Under the pieces are notes generated by a model, which worked only from the letters and a program-made list of their open reading frames with translations, searched no databases and was not told the origin of the DNA. From positions 96,001-160,000 of the forward strand of contig CBDFLE010000005.1 of the NCBI GenBank assembly GCA_965248925.1: a stretch of 64,000 nt of DNA, in the 5' to 3' direction. This document shows positions 57,007-64,000 of this stretch, piece after piece (within the stretch, counting starts at the first letter, position 1; every line of letters starts with the position of its first letter). The position numbers and the translations under genes are program-made. This DNA is from Candidatus Multivoradales bacterium (GTDB lineage: Bacteria > Acidobacteriota > Thermoanaerobaculia > Multivoradales > J023).

Positions 57007-57306
57007 ATGAAAACAGCTACTCTTACTGAAACCAAGAATCGACTCAGTGCTCTTGTGGATCAGGTGCGGCAGGGAGTGGAAGTGCTGATTCTCGATCGCG
57101 GCCGGCCGGTTGCCCGATTGGCGCCGGTCACGGGTGAAGATAGTGCGGTCTCGGAGGGCCGGGTAGCCCGTTTAGAGCGGCAAGGGGTGTTGCGCCGAGG
57201 TAGTGCAGCGCGGCGATCTGACCTGTTCGACCGGCCTCGGCCACGGCCGCGAAACGAGGCTAGCGTGGTGCAGGTGCTCCTGGATGAGCGGCGGGGTGGG
57301 CGGTGA
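57007..57306 (+). CDS. Phd/YefM-family antitoxin
   Basis: E.KNRLS.LVD.V..G.EV.I.DRGRPVARL. Confidence 0.9.
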   Translation: MKTATLTETKNRLSALVDQVRQGVEVLILDRGRPVARLAPVTGEDSAVSEGRVARLERQGVLRRGSAARRSDLFDRPRPRPRNEASVVQVLLDERRGGR

Positions 57307-57755
57307 GGTTCTGGGACAGCTCGGCCTTGGTCCCGCTGATCGTCGAAGAAGAGACTTCCCGGTTGCTAGAAGTGCTGTTTCAGGATCCACAGAGCACCGC
57401 GGTTTGGTGGGCCACTGAAATTGAATGTGCTTCTGCGGTGGCGCGGCTTGAACGAATGGCTCATCTCAGCGTGTCGGAGGCGCAAACCGCTTTCGAACTG
57501 CTAACGGATCTTGCGCGGGTTTGGCATCGGGTTGATCCGGTTGCGGCGGTTCACTCTTCCGCCCGCCGTTTTCTTAGGGTCCATGACCTGCGGGCCGCCG
57601 ATGCTCTGCAGCTAGCCGCCGCCTACGTGGCCGCGGAAGGGCGTCCTGAGAGTTTGCAGCTTGTTTGCCTGGATGCTCGACTGGGCATCGCCGCTCAGCG
57701 AGAGGGCTTCCGCATCATTGACGCGGTTGCTTTGGCGCGGATGGAAGCTGAGTAA
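57303..57755 (+). CDS. vapC: PIN-domain (VapC) toxin
   Basis: FWDSSALV.L…E, E..SA, LRAADALQLAAA, D.RL..AA..EG; GTGA overlap with the antitoxin. Confidence 0.9.
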   Translation: MRFWDSSALVPLIVEEETSRLLEVLFQDPQSTAVWWATEIECASAVARLERMAHLSVSEAQTAFELLTDLARVWHRVDPVAAVHSSARRFLRVHDLRAADALQLAAAYVAAEGRPESLQLVCLDARLGIAAQREGFRIIDAVALARMEAE

Positions 57756-57984
57756 CCTGGCCTGGCCAAATCTGGGCTGATGTTAGATCTGTGCAGACAA
57801 TGGTCAAGCCTGTACGTTGATTGCTCCTGGCAGGTTTGGAGTGCTCACTTCACCCATTGATGTTGATCTAGATAACCTCCTTTGAGACAGTGCTTTACGT
57901 CAGCACTCAGACTCCACTTAAGGGCTTGGCATAAGCCTCGCTATGGCTCTTTCTCCTGAACGACCTAATTCCAGGAGATTGATC

Positions 57985-60111
57985 ATGCACATACCACGTT
58001 CTCGCACCCGTTCACCGCACTCCGCTCAGCAGCCGGGGTCTCTATTCCGTCAGGCAATTTGGATTCTGCTGCTGGCCGCTTTGGGCCCGGCGATGGCCAG
58101 CGCGGCGGGCCTGCTGGTCGCCGAGGGAGGCTTTGGCGGCGTGTTGGAGATCGAAGAGCACGATGTCCAGGTGACGATCAACAACGGCGTCGCGGTGACC
58201 ACGGTGGAGCAGGTGTTCCGCAACTTGGAGGATCGCCAGGTCGAGGCTCTCTACACTTTTCCAGTGCCCAAGGGCGCCTCGGTGGCCAACTTCAGTATGT
58301 GGATCGGCGGCAAGGAAATGGTCGGCGAGGTGCTGGAGAAGGAGCGCGCGCGGCAGATATACGATAGCTACAAACGTCAGCGCCGAGATCCTGGCCTGCT
58401 TGAGCAGGTGGATTTCAAGACCTTCGAGATGCGCATCTTCCCCATTGCCGCGCGAGCCGAGCAGCGTATCGAGATTACCTATTACCAAGAACTACAGGTC
58501 GACGATCATTGGGCCACCTATGTCTATCCGCTGGCCACTGTGGCCCACGAAGGGCGCGGCTCGGCTACTCGCGGCAGCTTTGCGGTCAATTTCGAGGTGC
58601 TTTCTGAGATTCCGATTGCCGAGATGATGAGCCCTAGCCACGGTGGGGATTTTGTTGTCGCCGAGCATGATCCGAGTCTCTGGCAGGCTTCTCTCGAAAC
58701 CCAAGGCGGCGATCTCAACCGCGATGTGGTGCTGGCTTACCGGCTGGCGCGACCGGTGACTGGCATCAATTTGGTGGCCTCGCGGGCCAATCCGCAGGAA
58801 GACGGTTTCTTTTTGCTCACCCTGACCACCGGTGAGAATCTGGACGCCAAGGTGGAGAGAGGTTCGGACTATGTCTTTGTCTTGGATATCTCGGGCTCGA
58901 TGGACAACGACGGCAAGCTGGCCTTGTCGCGGCGCTCGCTCGGCGCTTTCATCGACGTGCTGGCGGCAGAGGACCGCTTCGAGGTCATCACCTTCAATGT
59001 CTCTGCCAATGCCCTATTTGGCGATCTGCGGCCGGGCGATGCGCGCAGCAAGCAGCTGGCGAACGAGTTTCTCGACTCGCAGAAGGCTCGTGGTGGCACC
59101 ATGCTGGAGCCGGCGATTCGCGGTGCCTATAACTACAAAGCAGCCGATCGTCCGCTCAATGTGGTGATTCTCTCGGATGGCATGACCGAGGCCGGTGAAC
59201 GTGCCACTTTGCTGGCATTGGCCGCTGAGCGCCCCGCCGGCAGTCGCCTATTTACCATCGGCGTGGGCAATGAGGTCAACCGGCCGCTGTTGGAGCAGTT
59301 GGCTGAGGATGCAGGCGGACTGGCGGCTTTCGTCTCGCGCGGGGCTGACTTCGCTCGCCAAGCGCAGGCTTTCCGCCGCAAGTTGATGCGGCCAGTGGCG
59401 ACCAACGTGTCGATCGATCTCGAAGGGGCGGAGGTTAGCGGATTGGCTCCCGAGGGGCTGCCGAATCTCTACCACGGGGTGCCGCTGCGGCTCTACGGTC
59501 GCTATCGCAAGGCTGGGCCGGTGCGGGTGCGGCTGGCGGCGGCGATCGGCGGCGAGGAGTTCGAGCAGGTGGTCGAGTTCGACCTGCCGCAGCGAGCTGA
59601 CAATCCGGAAATCGAACGCATGTGGGCCTTCGAGCGCATCGACGATCTGCTCGCCGAGGGGGATCGTCGGGGTTCTCGCCGCTCGGTGATCGATGAAGTG
59701 GTACGGCTCGGCGAGGCTTTCTCGATCGTCACCGAGTACACCTCCTTTATCGTGCTCGAGAACGACGCCGAGTACCAACGATGGAAGATCGAACGGCGCA
59801 ACGTTCTGCGGCTGGCCCGCGACCGGTCTCGCCAAGCTGAAGTCCGCCAGCGCATCGAAACTCTGCGCCGCGGGGTGTCCGCTGATCTCGGGCCGGTACG
59901 TCCAGGAACGAAAGCGAAGACCGCGCCGCAGCTGGCTGCTGCCAACAAGCCGCTGCCGACCCCGAGCGCCGGCGGACCTGCGAGTAACCGACCCACCCGC
60001 CGGAACCGTGGCGACCTGCCGAGTTTCGGGGGTGGTGCCTTTGATTCGCTGACCGCGCTTGTGGTGTTAGCCATGGGGATGCTGTTCTGGTGGGGCCGGC
60101 GGTGGAATTGA
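57985..60111 (+). CDS. Exported VIT + VWA protein with C-terminal GlyGly-CTERM-like sorting signal
   Basis: AGGAG RBS; signal peptide; VEQVF.N…EA.Y.FP.P (VIT); DISGSM MIDAS; GGGAF + TM + RR tail. Confidence 0.88.
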   Translation: MHIPRSRTRSPHSAQQPGSLFRQAIWILLLAALGPAMASAAGLLVAEGGFGGVLEIEEHDVQVTINNGVAVTTVEQVFRNLEDRQVEALYTFPVPKGASVANFSMWIGGKEMVGEVLEKERARQIYDSYKRQRRDPGLLEQVDFKTFEMRIFPIAARAEQRIEITYYQELQVDDHWATYVYPLATVAHEGRGSATRGSFAVNFEVLSEIPIAEMMSPSHGGDFVVAEHDPSLWQASLETQGGDLNRDVVLAYRLARPVTGINLVASRANPQEDGFFLLTLTTGENLDAKVERGSDYVFVLDISGSMDNDGKLALSRRSLGAFIDVLAAEDRFEVITFNVSANALFGDLRPGDARSKQLANEFLDSQKARGGTMLEPAIRGAYNYKAADRPLNVVILSDGMTEAGERATLLALAAERPAGSRLFTIGVGNEVNRPLLEQLAEDAGGLAAFVSRGADFARQAQAFRRKLMRPVATNVSIDLEGAEVSGLAPEGLPNLYHGVPLRLYGRYRKAGPVRVRLAAAIGGEEFEQVVEFDLPQRADNPEIERMWAFERIDDLLAEGDRRGSRRSVIDEVVRLGEAFSIVTEYTSFIVLENDAEYQRWKIERRNVLRLARDRSRQAEVRQRIETLRRGVSADLGPVRPGTKAKTAPQLAAANKPLPTPSAGGPASNRPTRRNRGDLPSFGGGAFDSLTALVVLAMGMLFWWGRRWN

Positions 60112-60731
60112 CCGTCCAGCGACTGCTGATACCTAGCAGGCAGACGGCCGAACTCGCGGCGGTGCGGTTCGGCCGTTGGCCTTGGGCGACTCTGTTCTTG
60201 GCCGCCGCCGCCCTGCTCGCCCATCTGCAGCCGACGACCACTCTCGCCTGGCAGTGGCAGCGGGATCTGCTGGCTACTCAGCCGTGGCGCTTGCTGACCG
60301 GCCATCTCACCCATTGGGGTGCTGAGCATCTGTTCTGGGACTTGCTGATCTTGCTGGTGGCGGGTGCAGCCTTGGAGCGGATCAGTCGCCGCCGTTGGCT
60401 GTTCACGATGGTCTTGGCGGCGCCGCTGATCTCTGTGGGCTTATGGCTGTGGCAACCGCAGTTGGCGGTGTATCGCGGTTTGTCGGGAATTGATAGCGCT
60501 CTGGTCGCCGCCTGGTGTGCCAGCTGGGTGGTCGAGGGGCGTCGGCGTGGCTCGGTGCAGCAAGTCGCCTTGGGCTTGATCGGCCTTGCTGGCCTGTTCG
60601 CCAAGCTACTCTTTGAGACCGCCAGTGGTGATGCCCTCTTCGTGGCCACCGCTGCGGCTGGTTTTGTCGCTGTGCCCTTCGCTCATGTCCTCGGTGGTCT
60701 TTGTGGTTTGGGGGGCAATGTTCTTCGGTGA
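60108..60731 (+). CDS. Rhombosortase-type rhomboid protease
   Basis: QPWRLLTGHLTH…HL.WD, YRGLSG (catalytic Ser), AH..G (catalytic His); TTGA overlap with the upstream gene. Confidence 0.85.
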   Translation: MTVQRLLIPSRQTAELAAVRFGRWPWATLFLAAAALLAHLQPTTTLAWQWQRDLLATQPWRLLTGHLTHWGAEHLFWDLLILLVAGAALERISRRRWLFTMVLAAPLISVGLWLWQPQLAVYRGLSGIDSALVAAWCASWVVEGRRRGSVQQVALGLIGLAGLFAKLLFETASGDALFVATAAAGFVAVPFAHVLGGLCGLGGNVLR

Positions 60732-60786
60732 GGGATGAATATCTGCCGGGGGCAACCGTAAAGCTCCGGCAGGAGGACACCCCGCA

Positions 60787-61500
60787 ATGCAAAACAACAG
60801 CCTGGGTCGCTTGCTCTCTGTTTTCGTGCAGCCGACCCAGACGTTCCAATCGATCGCTGCCCGGCCAACCTGGATAATCGCCTTGATCGTCACTTCGTTG
60901 CTGTCGCTGGCGGCGATGGCGGTGATTGTGCCGAAGATCGATTGGGAGCAGAATATCCGCAAATCCTTGGCCGAAAGCGCGGTCGAACTCGACGCCGAGC
61001 AGATCGAGAGCCAAATCGAGGTCGTTGAGAAGTTCGGCGGGGCTACAGCCTATGTTTGGTCGGGAATGGCCCCTTGGCTGTTCTTCCCGATCGTCGCACT
61101 GCTTTTCTGGGGTCTATTCAGGATGGTCGGTGGGCAGTTGAGTTTTAGCCAGAGTCTGGCGGTGACTGCCCATGGCTATCTTCCCGGATTGCTCAAGCTG
61201 CTGCTTAGCTTGCCGGTGGTCTGGCGGATGTCGACTCTCGATGTGGACGCCTTCCAAAGCGGCGGTTTCCTACTCTCAAATCTCGGCTTCCTGGCTGGCG
61301 ATGAGGCTACTGACGTGGTCCGAGCCTTGCTGACGAGCGCCGACGTTTTCAGCCTGTGGACCCTTGTTTTGTTGGTGATCGGTTTTACCATCACCGCTAA
61401 AGTTTCGCGAGGTACCGCGGTGCTCTGTGTCGGTTGCTTGTGGTCGGTGGGTGTTGGGCTCAAGGTGGTTTTGGCGCTGGTTGGCCAAGTCTTCGGCTAG
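60787..61500 (+). CDS. Yip1-family membrane protein
   Basis: F..P..TF..I..RP.W, about 5 TM helices, upstream of an ABC efflux operon. Confidence 0.8.
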   Translation: MQNNSLGRLLSVFVQPTQTFQSIAARPTWIIALIVTSLLSLAAMAVIVPKIDWEQNIRKSLAESAVELDAEQIESQIEVVEKFGGATAYVWSGMAPWLFFPIVALLFWGLFRMVGGQLSFSQSLAVTAHGYLPGLLKLLLSLPVVWRMSTLDVDAFQSGGFLLSNLGFLAGDEATDVVRALLTSADVFSLWTLVLLVIGFTITAKVSRGTAVLCVGCLWSVGVGLKVVLALVGQVFG

Positions 61501-61514
61501 CAGCCGGTGGAGAG

Positions 61515-62756
61515 ATGACGGCAATGAAGAAAGTCTTTTTGATCGGAGTGATAGTTCTAGGGCTAGGAGCGCTGGTGTTCTTTAGCATCCATTCATCGGG
61601 CGGCGGCGGCAAGAGCATCAAAGTCTATGCTCACCCGGCGGAGCAGCGGCGGATCTCGCAAGTGGTCAAGGCCGGGGGCCAGTTGACGCCGCGGGTGAAG
61701 GTCGATATCTCGGCCCACGTGGTGGCCAAGATTGAGCATCTCTATGTCAAGGAAGGCGATGAACTGGTGGTTGGTCAGCCCTTTCTCGACTTGGAGAAGA
61801 AGGCTTTTCTGGCGGCTCGCGATCGAGCGGAGGCCCAGTTAGCGATCAGTCGGGTGCAGTTGCGTGAGCGCGAGGTCGACCTCACCGATGCGAAGCTAAA
61901 ACTGCGGCGAGTGCGACGCCTCGCCGCGGCTGGCATTGCCTCGGCCGAGCAGGTCGAAGACGGTGAGCTGCGGCGAAGTTCGGCTGAGCTGCGCTTGGAA
62001 CAGTTGCAGGAGGAGATTCGCCGTGCCGAGGCGGATCTCGGTAAGGCTAACGACGACCTGGAGAAAACTACTATCTACTCGCCCCTCAGCGGTCGGCTGA
62101 TTGCGCTCAACGCGGAAGCCGGCGAAGTGGTGGTCTCCGGCACGATGAACAACTCCGGCTCAGTGATCGGCACGGTGGCGGATCTCTCTGAGATTTTGCT
62201 CGAAGTGGATGTTGACGAGACTGAGATTGTCGAGTTGGCGATTGGTCAGCCGGCCAAGGTACTAGTCGATGCCCTACCCAACAGAGAAATGAAGGGTCGG
62301 GTGGTGGAGATTGGCAGCTCGGGCTATGAACGTTCGCAGCAGCGCGACGTAGTGTTCTTCAAGGTCAAAGTGCTGCTCGAAGACCCTGATCCGCGACTCA
62401 AACCGAGCATGTCGGCGCGGGCCGAGATCGAGGTGGCGAGGCGCGACTCGGTGCTGGTAGTGCCGATTCAATCGGTGGTCGAGCGGCCACCGGCACAGGC
62501 TGTCGAACAGGACGGGGGGGCCAGCGAGGAAGGCGAGCAGCAGCTAGTGCGCGTTGCTTTGTTGATCGAAGATGGCAAAGTAGTCGAGCGGCCGGTGGAA
62601 CTCGGTCTCGCCGATGCCACCGACGTCGAGGTGATCACGGGCGTAGAACTGGGTGAGCAGGTAATTACCGGACCCTATCGGGCATTGCGTGACTTGCAGG
62701 CTGGAGACTCGGTGGACATTCGTAGCGAGGACTCGGCAGCGAGCACCGCCGACTAG
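61515..62756 (+). CDS. MacA-like periplasmic adaptor (membrane fusion protein)
   Basis: N-terminal TM, I..LYVKEGD, alpha-hairpin, TIYSP.SG, VDETEI, LKPSMSA. Confidence 0.9.
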   Translation: MTAMKKVFLIGVIVLGLGALVFFSIHSSGGGGKSIKVYAHPAEQRRISQVVKAGGQLTPRVKVDISAHVVAKIEHLYVKEGDELVVGQPFLDLEKKAFLAARDRAEAQLAISRVQLREREVDLTDAKLKLRRVRRLAAAGIASAEQVEDGELRRSSAELRLEQLQEEIRRAEADLGKANDDLEKTTIYSPLSGRLIALNAEAGEVVVSGTMNNSGSVIGTVADLSEILLEVDVDETEIVELAIGQPAKVLVDALPNREMKGRVVEIGSSGYERSQQRDVVFFKVKVLLEDPDPRLKPSMSARAEIEVARRDSVLVVPIQSVVERPPAQAVEQDGGASEEGEQQLVRVALLIEDGKVVERPVELGLADATDVEVITGVELGEQVITGPYRALRDLQAGDSVDIRSEDSAASTAD

Positions 62757-62784
62757 ACTCGGCGAAAGGACTCAAGAATACAAC

Positions 62785-63498
62785 ATGCCACTCATCCAAC
62801 TCAGCGCGGTAGAAAAAGTCTACGACATGGGGGTGGAGCAAGTTCGTGCCCTCGATGGTATCGATCTCAACATCGAGCAGGGCGACTATGTTGCCATTAT
62901 GGGCGCTTCTGGCAGCGGCAAGTCGACGCTGATGAATCTGCTCGGCTGTCTCGATACGCCGACCGCTGGCTCCTACGTGCTCAACGAGCAGGCGGTGGAG
63001 AAGCTCGATGATGAAGAGCTGGCGCGAATTCGCAATCGCGAGATCGGCTTCGTCTTTCAAACCTTCAATCTGTTGGCTCGCACTAGTGCCTTGGCCAATG
63101 TGGAGTTGCCGTTGATCTACGCTGGTGAGGGGCGGCGGCAACGGCGGGAGAAGGCCCGCCGCGCGCTCGACAGAGTTGGCCTTGGTGATCGCATCAGCCA
63201 TCAACCGAATGAACTCTCCGGTGGCCAGCGCCAGCGAGTGGCGGTGGCGCGGGCATTGGTCAACGAACCGTCGATCCTGCTGGCCGACGAACCCACGGGC
63301 AATCTCGACTCGACCACCTCGGCCGAGATTTTGGAACTTTTCGACGAGCTGCACCGAGCCGGCAATACGGTGATTTTGGTCACCCATGAGGTCGATGTGG
63401 CGGTGCATGCCCGCCGCCGCATAACCCTGCGCGACGGCAAGATTGTTGGCGACCTGACGGACTCGCCGGGCGCATTGGCAGTCAGCGAATCAGCTTAG
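62785..63498 (+). CDS. ABC transporter ATP-binding protein (MacB/LolD type)
   Basis: [39 protein letters not shown]. Confidence 0.95.
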   Translation: MPLIQLSAVEKVYDMGVEQVRALDGIDLNIEQGDYVAIMGASGSGKSTLMNLLGCLDTPTAGSYVLNEQAVEKLDDEELARIRNREIGFVFQTFNLLARTSALANVELPLIYAGEGRRQRREKARRALDRVGLGDRISHQPNELSGGQRQRVAVARALVNEPSILLADEPTGNLDSTTSAEILELFDELHRAGNTVILVTHEVDVAVHARRRITLRDGKIVGDLTDSPGALAVSESA

Positions 63499-63513
63499 GT
63501 AGGGAGCTGCACC

Positions 63514-64000
63514 ATGCTGATATTCGAGAATTTTCGGGTCGCGCTGCAGGCCCTGCAGGCCAATAAGATGCGCTCGCTGCTCACCGTTTTGGGCATCATC
63601 ATTGGTTCGGCGGCGGTGATTGCGGTAGTTTCCATCGTCCAGGGATTGCAGCACATGATTACTCAGCAGCTGCAGGAGGTCGGCGCTACCTATGTCATGG
63701 TGTTGCCCGATTTCAGCCGCCAAGATGATCAGGTAGTCCGTCAAGTCAAGCTGACTTGGAACGATGGCGAAGCCCTGGCGCAGCAGGTGAGGGGAATACG
63801 GAACATTACCCCGGTAGTGCTCGGCGGCGGCGTGCTCAAGCATCGCGACCGCCAACATCAGGCGACCGCCGTGTTGGGAGTCAACGAGCAGTGGCCGGAA
63901 GTCAACAACTATGTCGTCGAGCGTGGTCGCTTTTTCAACCGTATCGACATGGAACGCCGTCGCAAAGTGGCGGTGGTCGGTATGACGGTGATCGAAGAAC
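63514..64000 (+). CDS. MacB-type ABC permease, truncated by the window end
   Basis: AL.AL.ANKMRS.LT.LGIIIG..AVI, GRFF. Confidence 0.9.
   Translation, partial: MLIFENFRVALQALQANKMRSLLTVLGIIIGSAAVIAVVSIVQGLQHMITQQLQEVGATYVMVLPDFSRQDDQVVRQVKLTWNDGEALAQQVRGIRNITPVVLGGGVLKHRDRQHQATAVLGVNEQWPEVNNYVVERGRFFNRIDMERRRKVAVVGMTVIEE

Overview
High-GC bacterial chromosome segment, probably Acidobacteriota (inferred from an acidobacterial-type VWA protein and the gene set). Positions 1-44.6 kb are mostly housekeeping: an MglA-like/roadblock module, tRNA-Arg(CCT), cinA-plsY-gpsA-guaA-lgt-thiD, nnr-tsaE-phoH-HD-ybeY-corC-era-mgtE-recO-glyQS-mutL-rnc-asnS, and two pilT-family genes. The main feature is an accessory island at about 44.7-57.8 kb holding a complete diversity-generating retroelement (DGR). 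Its core is an HTH/four-helix-bundle gene, avd, a 116-bp template repeat (TR) and a DGR-type reverse transcriptase. The core lies between two convergent NLR-like target genes, TIR-NACHT-FGE and metallophosphoesterase-NACHT-FGE. Both carry a variable repeat (VR) that differs from the TR only at adenines, followed by a shared 3' sequence and GC hairpin. The unit is bracketed by two near-identical direct-repeat rpn nuclease genes with internal start sites, and is followed by an RHH gene and a Phd/VapC pair. Other notable items: strongly degenerate glyQ/glyS at their normal locus, a PilT with MshEN-like repeats, and a rhombosortase with an adjacent GlyGly-CTERM target. All family calls come from motif recognition by eye, with no database searches.
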